A stretch of DNA of 64,000 nt from Pseudomonadota bacterium (GTDB lineage Bacteria; Bdellovibrionota; UBA1018; CAIMNF01): NCBI GenBank assembly GCA_027491115.1, contig JAIXWV010000035.1:170-64169 (forward strand). Reading direction: 5' to 3'. The translations under genes were made by a program, and so were the position numbers. Positions 27,956-38,700 of the stretch are shown piece by piece (position 1 is the first letter of the stretch; each line of letters opens with the position of its first letter). The notes below the pieces were generated by a model. That model was not told the origin of the DNA, ran no database searches, and saw only the letters and a list, made by a program, of their open reading frames with translations.

Positions 27956-28897
27956 GTGCGGAAATCAGGGCAATTTCCGGTCATGGTTTGGCTAATTCGG
28001 GTTCTGATCGTGGTGTGGGCATTTCACGGATTTACCGTGTTTGCGGAGCCACGGGAAGAGGCGGCCACACTCCTCGCCAAGCACCATCATTCAGAGACTA
28101 TCAGCGCCCGGTTGAGTGCTTTCTCCTCCGAGTTCCTGGGACTTCCCTACGGGTCCACCGGCCCTCTCGGTGAAGGTGTTTCCGGCCGGTACGATCAAGA
28201 TCCTCTCTATCGCTTTGACACTTTCGATTGCACCACTTTTGTCGAAACCGTGGTCTCGCTTGCCCTCTCAAATAATGTGGATGCCTTTGAGAACTCCATG
28301 AATCGCATCCGCTACCAGGGGGGTGAGGTGGAGTTTCTGAGGCGGAATCATTTTCCGAGTCTTCAGTGGATTCCGAACAATCTCTCGAACGGGATGTTCG
28401 ACGAGGCCAATTCCAAAGTGATACCCGTTGAAGAGCAGGCATTGGCAGAAGCGAACATCGATGTCGGGGGATGGCTCAGGAAATCGGGCCCCGGATTGAT
28501 TCAAATCCCCGGTCTTTCGAGCTCCGAGCGCGCGGAGCGTGGAATCGAGCTTCAGCGTCTGGGTGACCGGTACTCACCCGAAAAAGCGACCCTTTTTTAC
28601 ATTCCAATCGCCCGGTTGCTCAAGGAGCCTGCTTTGCTCCGGCGCATTCCAGATGGCGCCATCATCAATTTTGTCAGACCGAATTGGGATCTGACCGCTT
28701 CCATCGGGACGCACATGAATGTCTCGCATCAGGGTTTGGTCTTCCGAACCCCCGAGGGTGTCCGACTCCGCCACGCAAGTGTGGGGGGCGAAAAAAAGGT
28801 CATGGATGTGAGTCTGCTGAAATATTTGAAGAATTTCGAGAACCATCCCACCATGAAGGGGATTCACCTGCTCACTTTGCGTGAATCAGGGCTTTGA
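27956..28897 (+). CDS. DUF1460 N-acetylmuramoyl-L-alanine amidase-like protein
   Basis: FLG.PY, FDCTTFVETV, RNHF, VSHQG, RHAS. Confidence 0.88.
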   Translation: MRKSGQFPVMVWLIRVLIVVWAFHGFTVFAEPREEAATLLAKHHHSETISARLSAFSSEFLGLPYGSTGPLGEGVSGRYDQDPLYRFDTFDCTTFVETVVSLALSNNVDAFENSMNRIRYQGGEVEFLRRNHFPSLQWIPNNLSNGMFDEANSKVIPVEEQALAEANIDVGGWLRKSGPGLIQIPGLSSSERAERGIELQRLGDRYSPEKATLFYIPIARLLKEPALLRRIPDGAIINFVRPNWDLTASIGTHMNVSHQGLVFRTPEGVRLRHASVGGEKKVMDVSLLKYLKNFENHPTMKGIHLLTLRESGL

Positions 28898-29795
28898 TCA
28901 CCTGAGAGCAGTCCGCATCAAACCGGAATGCCGCACAAGAGGTGCCCATCGATTTGGTGTAAAGAAGTCGACGTGCGAAGTATTCGCGGCAAAGGACTTG
29001 GGCTGCGGCTTGGCTTATTTTTTTCTCTGAAAAAGACTTCACCAGGTCAACTGCACAAATGGATTTTTCTTCCGTCGCATACGGATGATCAGTCATCAAG
29101 GTCAATGGGATTTTGCCCTCTGTTTCGCTTTCGGGCAGGACACAATCACCAAAACAAGCTTTACCGGTAATCTTGGTGGAACAATCGACCGGCTCCTGAT
29201 GGGTTCCCGGTGCCAGCGGCTGGGGATGGCTGGAGCTTGAAGGCAGCATGAGCCCGGTTTGTGATTTCCGGGCCAGCTTGTACTTCGAATCATACGGAGA
29301 TCTCACGATTTTTTTCGAAGAACAGCTTGGTACCTCGTCCATCGACCAATCACCGGATGATGCAGAAATGAAACGCGACCCTTTGATCCGGCTCAGATCC
29401 GAACATTTTTTTTCGGCCTGATTCAAACATTCTCTCTCTGCCCAGGCTGAAAAAATGGATCCAAGCGAGCTCGGCGTGATGAAGGAGGGAGGGTGGTGTC
29501 CGTCTCCAGGCATCAGTCCCTGCTCTTCGGGATTGAATGTCCCGGTGACCGTGCTTGCCATAGGGGCTGCTTGCCCCTCGCAGGTGTACTCGCATCGGAT
29601 GGACGCCTCAAACGCATATTTTGCCAATGATCCGTTCAAGCCAGGAAAATCACAGTGTGTTTCCGACTTCTTCTGACCGAGGATTCGATCCGCCATCACC
29701 TTCGGGCTGTACATCCCTCCGGCCTGAATTTTGGGTTCGGCCCAGACAGGCACCGAGAAAAGTAGAATAGCAATGAATGCCAGCATGCGTCTCAC
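28872..29795 (-). CDS. Secreted Cys-rich hypothetical protein
   Basis: Signal peptide; many cysteines. Confidence 0.65.
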   Translation of the reverse strand: MRRMLAFIAILLFSVPVWAEPKIQAGGMYSPKVMADRILGQKKSETHCDFPGLNGSLAKYAFEASIRCEYTCEGQAAPMASTVTGTFNPEEQGLMPGDGHHPPSFITPSSLGSIFSAWAERECLNQAEKKCSDLSRIKGSRFISASSGDWSMDEVPSCSSKKIVRSPYDSKYKLARKSQTGLMLPSSSSHPQPLAPGTHQEPVDCSTKITGKACFGDCVLPESETEGKIPLTLMTDHPYATEEKSICAVDLVKSFSEKKISQAAAQVLCREYFARRLLYTKSMGTSCAAFRFDADCSQVIKALIHAK

Positions 29796-29859
29796 TGGCT
29801 CAGGATATCAACCAGAGAACGGTTTTCAATACATTTGCTTTGTGACATCCTCACGGGGG

Positions 29860-31677
29860 ATGTTCAGGAAAGCTCTCAAATCGACTGTGGCCTCGATGGG
29901 GATAGTTTTGGTGGTCACACTCCCTTACGCCCGTGGGGTCAAAGATGTTCCGAAGGGCACGGTCGAGTCCGGGGTCGACGGCGACGGTCGCGATGACGGT
30001 CTTCCGGGGCCTGAGTTGCTCGATGCGACTTTTGTGTACGATGCCAATGTCGGTACGGGAGGGGTGCAGGTCACCGTGCACAACCCGGTGGTCGAGAATG
30101 CCAATGCTCCCAACTTGAGGCGCATTTCCGAGATCTCCTCGACCTCTTTCGGGATTTCGGCCCAGCCTTGGACCCGCCCGCCGAGGAGCTTCAGGGATTC
30201 GATCCAGTATTTGGAGAGTATTTCTGCCACCCTGAAAAAAGACGAAAAACTCCTGTTATTGTCCATGGCCGGAGAAAAGCTCGGTAAAGGGTACGATCAG
30301 ACTCTTCCGAGTGGCGAGACTCCGCTCGACCAGTTGTTCTTCAATGCCCAAAACGGGGGTGCCAAGGGCGGGGTTTGTCGGGATATCCATGCGTATATTT
30401 CTGAATATGCCGAGGCGCTCGGTTTCAAGAATACTGGCATGTTCAATTTTGCAATCGACGACGAGACCCGGCATCAGGTGTCCTATTACCAGGATCCGGC
30501 CACCGGCGAATACCTGATCCAGGACTACTACCGGATCATCAACACGGGCAGGAGCACCATGCTCGAAGCCCTCGACATCGCAACCTCTGTGGAAGGTGTC
30601 TTGACCGAGATCACTTACATCGGCACCAAGGCGGGAGTCCGGGCCTACACACCCAGTCCCACACGCTGGATCACGAGACACATGAAGGATGCTTCCCGGC
30701 TCGATCAGCGATCCATGGTGTCGCTCAATGTGGGTCGGAACGAGCGGACTTTCCAGTTGGCGCTCTCGAGCAGCAAGGATTCGATATTCAGGGCCAAGGG
30801 TTTTTATCTGCACTCGGATTATCAGGCCGAGGAGGGGCAATACCGCCTCGATATGTTCGGCGTAGCAGGAGGCATCGATACGAAGATCCTGCTCGACAAT
30901 CCGATCATCAGTGAGGTGGGTCTGAATGCAACAGCCATGGGGGGGCGGATCCTGTTCCAAAATCCGCTTTACCTGGCGCAGCTCCCGAGTTCGAGTGGGG
31001 AACCGATCCATCAAAGCAACATGGCCCGCTTCGGGCTCAAAGGTTATGCCAAGATCGATCGCTTGACCGGCTCTCTGATCGTAGAAGGTTCCACTGTCGA
31101 GAACACCGGTGGTCCGATGAATGCTCCTTATTCCCACCAAATCAGGCCCCAGCTGACTTATCAGACCTTCATCCCGTCTTTCTTGGTCGAGGTCGCCCGG
31201 TCACTCCAGCTCCTGCCTAAGTCGATGTTGGAACCCGGTTATGCGCTGAAAACAGTCTACGACCAGGTCAGCGTGGTGATCGATGGTCGGAATGACGGAC
31301 GGAATGCTTACCTCTATTTCCGGGGAGATTATTACCTCTTTGACGGAATCAGCGGGATGAGTGCCGAGGGGGTCAAAGGCGTTCTCCGTGCGGCGATTCC
31401 CTCAGAAACCATGGGGGAGTTTGCCGTGGTGCTCGAGACATCGAAGATGTTGAAAAATCGTATTCAAGATCCCTACTACGATTCCCTTCCTTATGGAGAG
31501 GCCGGCATCGAGTGGCTGAAGCGTGTGGGTCGGAACATCGAAGTCGGGTCGGGGGTTTCTGTCGGAAATGGCCGACGTCCGTCTCCGCTGTTTGAAAACG
31601 CCGCTGATGCCATTCCGACCGTGACCGGCACCCGTCCCGTATTGAACGGCGATCTTTGGATTCGTTACAAGCTTTAA
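29860..31677 (+). CDS. Exported protein with transglutaminase-like motif and beta-rich C-terminus
   Basis: GGVCRD..H..D spacing; amphipathic strands ending in LWIRYKL. Confidence 0.55.
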   Translation: MFRKALKSTVASMGIVLVVTLPYARGVKDVPKGTVESGVDGDGRDDGLPGPELLDATFVYDANVGTGGVQVTVHNPVVENANAPNLRRISEISSTSFGISAQPWTRPPRSFRDSIQYLESISATLKKDEKLLLLSMAGEKLGKGYDQTLPSGETPLDQLFFNAQNGGAKGGVCRDIHAYISEYAEALGFKNTGMFNFAIDDETRHQVSYYQDPATGEYLIQDYYRIINTGRSTMLEALDIATSVEGVLTEITYIGTKAGVRAYTPSPTRWITRHMKDASRLDQRSMVSLNVGRNERTFQLALSSSKDSIFRAKGFYLHSDYQAEEGQYRLDMFGVAGGIDTKILLDNPIISEVGLNATAMGGRILFQNPLYLAQLPSSSGEPIHQSNMARFGLKGYAKIDRLTGSLIVEGSTVENTGGPMNAPYSHQIRPQLTYQTFIPSFLVEVARSLQLLPKSMLEPGYALKTVYDQVSVVIDGRNDGRNAYLYFRGDYYLFDGISGMSAEGVKGVLRAAIPSETMGEFAVVLETSKMLKNRIQDPYYDSLPYGEAGIEWLKRVGRNIEVGSGVSVGNGRRPSPLFENAADAIPTVTGTRPVLNGDLWIRYKL

Positions 31678-33242
31678 GGCAGTTTTCCAAGGTCCAGGAA
31701 CAGAAGCTTTGAGGTTCCTGTGGGAAGCGTTCGTGTTCCGAAGTTCCGCTCGATCCGGCCTTGAGATGATTCCGCCTTCACCTTCAGTTCGAACACTCCT
31801 TTGAGAGAGTCAACATGAGTAGAGGCCAACACTTGTGGGAGGAGATTCCACGAGCGGAGATCGGGTGCATTCGCCGCATCGATGGCCCGTTTTGCGATGA
31901 AATAACCCGCCAGGATGGCGAGTTTTTTCAGTCCAGCCCCCTCTCCATCGGCGGACTGGTAGGCTTTGATGGCGGGAATCAGGATCGCGAGGTACTGAAG
32001 TCCGATCTTGAGAGCCTTGCCGGCAAATTCCTTGTTCCTCCGGGCCTTGAGCTCCGTGTGCAAAAGCTCATGCAAGGGGGCGACCAGTGCCAGGGGGAAC
32101 TCCTGCACTTGCCCGTCTGATGATTTGAGTTCGAGTGTGAGGTGCAGGTCTCTTGGCGGAGTGGGCAGGGAGGGGGTTGAAATCAGGAAGCCCAAGCCAC
32201 GATCAGCGGCGTCTGTCAGGTGCCGGGGGCCGTCTTCGGCATCACTGGAAATGGCTCCTGCCATGGCTCCGGTGAAAGCCACGAGCCCGAACTCGGGCGC
32301 GTAATGCAGGAGAATTCGGAAGCCGATGTCCTCCATCTGAGCGCGTAGGAGCGGGTCCTCAATGCCCTGAAACAGAGTGGAAAGGCCGATGTAGGTGTTC
32401 TGTGCTTTGTAGGGGCTGATCACCCCGCCCTGTACCAGGACGAGTGTGCCTTCTTCGCCTTCTTGGCCGAGCTGTTTTTCGAGCCCAGACGTCAGGTTCC
32501 GGATGGATTCAGAAGAATGGTTCAAACCCTTCACCCTGGCCTGTTCTTTTTCCAGAATCTTGAGCGACTGCTCCAAAAGAATCCGTGCCGTCTTTTTTTC
32601 AGAAGCCTGGGGGGAGCGGCCATGCAGGTAGGAGGCGAGGATCCGGGCCCAGGTGTCTTCTTGATAGTAATCTGCATGACCGTAGGACCGCTTCAGGTTT
32701 TCAAGATGGCTGTCCCACGCCAGAAGCTCGGCGCGGGCCTTGATTCTGAGATCAGCGATTTCCTTCTGAGAAAAAGTCCGCGCAGGATGCTGCTCGGCTT
32801 GAACCTGAATTCGACCTTTCTCGTCTTTGATTTCAGGAGTTTCCCAGGCTGCGGTTTTTCCCTCATCTGCGAGGAGGGTGTACGCCAGGACCAGGTACTG
32901 ATGCAGATAGGAGTACTCGATGGGGTTTCCGCCGTAGGCCCTGTCATACCAAGAGAAGGCCCCTTGATCCGATCGGACGCTGTTCGAAACTTCCCGACTT
33001 TTGCTCAAAAAATAAATCGCCTTCTCGTACTGTCCGCTCGAGAAGGCGATCGAAGAAAGCATCAAAAAGTGCTGAAGCCTGCTTTCACTTCTTTTCAGCA
33101 CTTCGGCCGTGTAGAGTGACGCTTCAGCTTTGACGAAATCGCGTTCGAGAAACGCATTCCTCGCGTCCTTGATCCTGAGCTGGTCCCCTCCGGCGCAACC
33201 GGTGAGCCAGAGGATCAACAGGAGAGAGGCCGCTCTCACCAC
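31674..33242 (-). CDS. TPR lipoprotein (COG3014-like)
   Basis: Lipobox LTGC; TPR-like helices; DLRSWNLLP motif; adjacent to lpoB-like gene. Confidence 0.7.
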   Translation of the reverse strand: MVRAASLLLILWLTGCAGGDQLRIKDARNAFLERDFVKAEASLYTAEVLKRSESRLQHFLMLSSIAFSSGQYEKAIYFLSKSREVSNSVRSDQGAFSWYDRAYGGNPIEYSYLHQYLVLAYTLLADEGKTAAWETPEIKDEKGRIQVQAEQHPARTFSQKEIADLRIKARAELLAWDSHLENLKRSYGHADYYQEDTWARILASYLHGRSPQASEKKTARILLEQSLKILEKEQARVKGLNHSSESIRNLTSGLEKQLGQEGEEGTLVLVQGGVISPYKAQNTYIGLSTLFQGIEDPLLRAQMEDIGFRILLHYAPEFGLVAFTGAMAGAISSDAEDGPRHLTDAADRGLGFLISTPSLPTPPRDLHLTLELKSSDGQVQEFPLALVAPLHELLHTELKARRNKEFAGKALKIGLQYLAILIPAIKAYQSADGEGAGLKKLAILAGYFIAKRAIDAANAPDLRSWNLLPQVLASTHVDSLKGVFELKVKAESSQGRIERNFGTRTLPTGTSKLLFLDLGKLP

Positions 33243-33856
33243 TTCCCGCCACCCTCACTGTACTTGTTGATTTTTTCACGTACCCGACAGACCTCTTCCG
33301 CGCTTTGAATGTCGGTCAGACGGATGTTCACAGTATACGTCTTGATGGTCTTGCCGTTCCGGGTTTCGGGTTTCATGTTGATGTCACCGAAAATCATGGC
33401 ATCCGCACCGGACTGTTTTCCCACCTTCTTGGCCTGAGTCGGATCCACCATCCCGTCATTCTGATAGGTGATTTCCTTTAGGAGCGCATCACGCCTCGAT
33501 GCGTCGATTAAGGTGAATTGCTCCGAATTCGAGAGCTTCTCGAGAAGGGCGTCCTCGAGGTCCTTCACCGGAAAATACGCTTCCGAGGTGTTGTTCCGGA
33601 TTTCTCCGACGAACAGTTTGATCCGCTTCCCTGCGTATTTGAGTGAAAACTCGTTGAAGCGCTTGTGGGCGTAGACCTGCTTCATGGAGCCGTCGATCAC
33701 CCGGATGGTGTCGCCGTCCACCCAGTTGTCGGTGATCTCCATGGCTTTTTCGTCAGCTTTGGAGTCATCGACCCGCTCGGCCTTGAAGCTCGAACAAGCG
33801 GGGTTCAGGGCCAGGAGAGTGAGAGTCAGAGGAATCAGGATATGGGTGGTTTTCAT
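33236..33856 (-). CDS. Penicillin-binding protein activator LpoB-like lipoprotein
   Basis: Lipoprotein Cys; IRNNTSE, YQNDGMVDP..AKKVGKQSGADAMIFG. Confidence 0.82.
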   Translation of the reverse strand: MKTTHILIPLTLTLLALNPACSSFKAERVDDSKADEKAMEITDNWVDGDTIRVIDGSMKQVYAHKRFNEFSLKYAGKRIKLFVGEIRNNTSEAYFPVKDLEDALLEKLSNSEQFTLIDASRRDALLKEITYQNDGMVDPTQAKKVGKQSGADAMIFGDINMKPETRNGKTIKTYTVNIRLTDIQSAEEVCRVREKINKYSEGGGKW

Positions 33857-33882
33857 GGTTCAACCTTTCTCGGGCCCGTGGA

Positions 33883-34536
33883 TCAGCGGGCTTCCATGTA
33901 TTGATTGTATTCTTTTTTGATGTCTTCAATCTTGCCTTCGACCTTGGCTTTCAGGGCCGGATCGTTCTTGAAACGGAGAGTCTGTGCACGGGTGATCATG
34001 TCATCCACCTGCTTTTTGCTGACTTTGGCGAGAACCCAGCAGTAAAAAATCGACTTGGCGCCACCGCTCTGGGAGAAGTCGCGCTGTTCCCAGTACTGTT
34101 TATTCTTCTCCACTCCTGACACAAGGGCTTTGGAAAGCTGAGAGGAGATCTTCGAGGTTTCGGTCTGGCTCGCAGAAACCGAGCTGACGCCGTTCGAGTC
34201 GCTCCCGGTGGAGTCCGTACTCGCTCGGGCAATGGTGGTGTCCACGAATGAGCTCACTTGCTTGGCGATATCGTCAATCGCGTCGGCGTTTGCTTTTTCG
34301 CAAGTCATCCGCTTGTCAGCGCCTTGGGATTCACCGACGTAGTAGTAGAACTTTTCGGTATCCAGACCCTCTTTTTTTGCCCAGAAGTTCGGGTTGTCGA
34401 GCCAGGCTTCACGGCCACCCGGGGCTGCGTCGGTCACTTTGAACTGCGGAGCCTCCACAGTGACTTCTTTTACAGGTGCGCCCCCACAGGCATACAGAAC
34501 GGAGGAGAGAGAGAGGGTGATCAGTGTCTTTTTCAT
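33883..34536 (-). CDS. LPP20-like lipoprotein
   Basis: Lipobox LYAC; A..DA...IAKQV; YWEQR. Confidence 0.65.
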   Translation of the reverse strand: MKKTLITLSLSSVLYACGGAPVKEVTVEAPQFKVTDAAPGGREAWLDNPNFWAKKEGLDTEKFYYYVGESQGADKRMTCEKANADAIDDIAKQVSSFVDTTIARASTDSTGSDSNGVSSVSASQTETSKISSQLSKALVSGVEKNKQYWEQRDFSQSGGAKSIFYCWVLAKVSKKQVDDMITRAQTLRFKNDPALKAKVEGKIEDIKKEYNQYMEAR

Positions 34537-34552
34537 GGCGGTTCCTTTCAGA

Positions 34553-35563
34553 TTAAGGGGTCATTTCCCCGATACGGTTGAATACTTGGTCACATAGACT
34601 TTTGGCGAGCTTGTCCGAAACAGCTTCGAAAACCGCCGCTCTGCTCCGGGCGGTTTCGGTTTCGCTGACCTTGGCTTGAAACTTCCGGCCAGAGGACTCG
34701 ATGATGGAGGCTGAAAGATCGAAGCGAATCTTGGTCCACCCCTCGGTGGCCATGTGCTGAGGACGTTCGGTGATCGAAATCTCGATCCTGTTCACCGATC
34801 CTTCGCCCTTTCCGGCTTCGTAAACCTGCCCCCCACGGTCATTGATGCAGGACTCAAGATCTTTGGCAAACCCTGCGTCGCCCGGCTTCACCTCCACCAC
34901 AAATGCTTTCTTTGCATTCCTACCCCGCATGCCATTCTCGATGCGGTCGAGTCGGGTCCGGGAAGGCGAGGTTTCGAAAAGGGCACTCATTCCGAGGACT
35001 GCTGCTTCTGAGTGCAGGGTCTCCAGGCTTCCGTAGAGTTCCTTTGCCTTGTTGAAGCTTGTGTTTGAGAAGCGCTCTTCAAGCGAGTCGAGTTCCAGAT
35101 TCAGTGAGGACTGAATTCGATTCGCCTCCATCAGGAGCCCGGATCGGGCGGAAAGTTTGTCGAGGGCGATCAAGGCATAGGTGATATTCCCGACGGATGC
35201 GACTTCCTTCACTTCGGCTCCCCGAAGATGAGTCGAGGTTTCAAAAGTCACCTCTTTAGCCATGTTCTGGTTGGAATCACCCGAGACCATCCCTTGTGTA
35301 TTCTGGTTGAGTGAAGACTGGGCCGTGATCTTGCTTTGGCTCTGTACCTTCACCACGAAGCTTTCGGCCAGCTGGCGCTTGGCATCTTGGATAGCCTCTT
35401 CTCTGTTTCTTCCACCTCCGACAGCGGAGAGAAAACGGGTTTGGGGATAGAGGGTTTCGGGACGGTTGACCCAATCGGGGATTCCTTCTTTCTTGATCTC
35501 CGGTGCAGAAGAACAAGCCGAGAAGAGGAAGGTGATGGAAGCCAGTAAGGCGAGGAGTTGCAT
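34553..35563 (-). CDS. LPP20-family lipoprotein
   Basis: Lipobox FSAC; PDWV..YP..FLSAVG..A...A...LAE. Confidence 0.78.
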   Translation of the reverse strand: MQLLALLASITFLFSACSSAPEIKKEGIPDWVNRPETLYPQTRFLSAVGGGRNREEAIQDAKRQLAESFVVKVQSQSKITAQSSLNQNTQGMVSGDSNQNMAKEVTFETSTHLRGAEVKEVASVGNITYALIALDKLSARSGLLMEANRIQSSLNLELDSLEERFSNTSFNKAKELYGSLETLHSEAAVLGMSALFETSPSRTRLDRIENGMRGRNAKKAFVVEVKPGDAGFAKDLESCINDRGGQVYEAGKGEGSVNRIEISITERPQHMATEGWTKIRFDLSASIIESSGRKFQAKVSETETARSRAAVFEAVSDKLAKSLCDQVFNRIGEMTP

Positions 35564-35701
35564 ATTTCCAGTTTAGAATGGGTCCAGGTCAAAGCAAAAA
35601 GGAATCCGGCATTTTTAGCTTTTTTTGGTCGCAAATTTCAGGAGTCAAGAGTTTTGCAACACTGTGCATACAGGGTGTCGGATTTTGCCACAGATCACGG
35701 A

Positions 35702-38700
35702 TCAATCTGGACTGAATGCGGCACTTGGCATCACAGAAATATTGCGGACTGTTTGAGAAATGCGTATCTCGTCCAGTGTCCCATTGAGGGGTCTTGCGTT
35801 GGTTGCCGTCACCCCGAATCCGAGTCGCAATTCAGAGTTCGTGGTCTTTAATGTGGAGGATGTAGTCCCTATGGTCCGGATTACCCCTGAAGTCGCTTGA
35901 CCGGGGTTCGTGCCCGTAAAGATCGAGACTTTACCTTGCGTATACACAATTCCGAAATAAGCCCAAGTTCCCATGTACGATGAAGTGCTCAGGATATTGC
36001 TCGTTGCAGTGGTGACATTGGTAGCTCCATTCAGAATGGTCAGAAAGTCGATGTAATACCTGGACGAAGATCCTCTTCTCAATCTCACCTGGTAGCTTAA
36101 ATTGGTGTTTGAAATCGATTTCGACACGAGAGTGTAATAGTGTCCGCTGGTGCCAAGCGTATTCAACTTGAAGAACCCTTCAATAGTCAGATTGGCGGTT
36201 CCCAAATCGAGCGTTGGGTTTTGCGAAACGTTCATGAATCTAGGCGTTGAGGATGGAAATACTGCCCCTCCAGAGAATTGGCCGCTGGTGGTTGATGCTA
36301 CGGAAGAGGCATTGGACAAGTGGTTCAGGTAGTTGCCACTGTCCGTTGTGAGAGTGCCAGACGAATCAAAGTGGTAAAGAGCGATCGTGTTGTGAGCTTT
36401 TTGTTCCCAGGTGACGGATTGAGCTAGGCTAATATTGCCTGCCAGGTCGGTGGCCCGAATACTGTAGGTATGCATCCCATTTGCAATGGCGAGAGTTCTT
36501 GGTGAACTACATGATCCAAAGGCTCCAGTGTCGAGCTTGCATTCGAATCCCGAGACAGTCTCGTTGGCAATGAAACTGAATGTGGAGTTGTTCGAGTAAT
36601 TGATTGCGGGCGGATTGGCCGTGATCTGAACCAGAGGAGCCACGGTGTCCCTCGTCCATTGGAATTCAACGGGTGAAGACTCGACACCGTTCAGGGTTTG
36701 GGTCAGCGAGTAAGTACGGGTTCCGTCCGAGCCTGGAGCCAATGTGAACGAAAATCCCCCTCCTGATCCGCAGACAGTGGTGCCGGATTGGGCTCCCGAA
36801 AGGGTGATCAAGTTTCCAGCCCCGCAAGACCCTGAGAGGGTCAATGTGGTTTGGTTGCTGGTGTACGGATTGGACGATGGAATTTGAATCACCGGTGGGC
36901 TTACTGCATTGATATCGCGTGTCCAATGCAAATTCACGACAGGCGAGACGTTCAATGCAAGGTCTGTTTGGGAAATCTGGAAGTCATACTCCCCGTCAAG
37001 AAGGTGTGTGATCGTCCAATGGAAAGTTCCATTAGTGCAAGTCTCTGTTTGTTGTACAGCCCCTTCGAGCTTCAAAGTGGTGCCCGTTTCACAGGTGCCT
37101 TGGATATTCAGGTCTCCCGGCGCGACAAAAGGATTAGTAGTCGGCGAGATCAAGACGGGTGCCGACGGAGCGACAGTATCCACGATCCAAAGAAGGGATG
37201 CAGGAGCCGAGCTGATACCCGTATTGGGATTGGTCTGGTCTACGAGGATGGAGAATGACCCGTCAGCAGTTTTATTGAGTTGGAATTGTGCGGCGTTGCC
37301 TGAGCAAGGTGCTGTCAGTGATCCCGCAGGGCTCGTCACTTCAGAGCTGACAATATCGCCACTCAGGGCCAACTCGCCCGGCAATGGAGAGAATGTGCTG
37401 CAGGAGAGATTCAATGTGAGGGTGCGGGTGTTGGTATAGACAGGCGAAATGTTGGGGCTCAGGATGATCGGGGTGGATGGAATGGTCATGTCGACCGTCC
37501 ACTCAAAGGTCAGGTCTGCCGATGCATTTCCCGCCACATCCTGTTGCTTCAAAACGTAACTGTATATGCCATTGCCGGGTTGCGAAATCGGGAATGAGAA
37601 GGATCCGGTCGGTGAACAAGGCAGGGTGGTCGAGCTGTTTGCTGGAAGTGTGATCAGGGCGACCGTGGCGCCCGTTTCGCATGTTCCGGTGAGAGCGAGG
37701 AAGGTGTCACCCGAAGTGAACGGGTTGGTCGTTGGATTTTGAAGGGTCACCTGCAATGGGGCAACGGTGTCCCGAATCCAGATCTGGTTGGCTTGAGGGG
37801 AGGTGTTTCCTGCCAAATCGGTTTGGGAGATGAGCAGGTTCTTGAGACCGTCTGTAGTTGCCCCCACAGTGAATGAGAAGTGCCCCTGGGAGCAAGCGAC
37901 TTGCTGTTGAGAGTCGCCATCAAGGGTGACAAGGGCTTCGTCTTCGCAGTCTCCGGCAACGACGACTGAATTCCCGTTGCTGGTAAATGGAGAAGTGGCC
38001 GGTGAATTCAGAGTCGGGATGGTCGGAGCGACTCGATCGAGAGTCCACTCGAAAGCCAGATTCGAGGAGTCGATACCTGTGGTGGATCTCTGGTAGAGGT
38101 CGAAGTTGAAGGTGCCGTCGTCGGGCCGAGTAACATTTAGGGTAAAGCTGTTCTGCGCGCAAGTGGTGGTTCCTTCAACTCCGTTCCCTCCTTCAACTCT
38201 TACTGTATTTCCCGAGACGCAAGTCCCAGAGAGTTGTACAGACGTTTGATTTGAGTAGTGAGGATTATGGAGCGGAACGCTCAATGAAGGGGTCTCCGGT
38301 ACACTTGAGTTTCTGATCCAACTCCAAGAGACCGAAGCAGAGGGGTTAGCCGCAGCATCGACCTGTTTGAGGGTGTAAGTTCGGGTAGCGTCCGTGGTAC
38401 CAGAGAGCGTGAAGCTGAACTGACCGGTCGCACAAGGCGTGCTGGAGGTGAAATCCCCAGAAATCTGGACTGCAGCACCGGTTTCGCATGAACCACTCAA
38501 AATGACTGAATTTCCGGACGTGGTGTAAGGAGAAACCCCCGGACCCACAATGACCACAGCCTGAGGTGCCACCGTGTCCCGCTCCCACGAAAACGAGGTT
38601 GCCGGTGAGTTCAGGCCCGCCGAATTCTTCTGGATAAAGGAGTAAGTCCGGAGGCCGTCTGTCGATCCGCTGAGCCCGGCAGTGAAGGTTCCCGAGTTAC

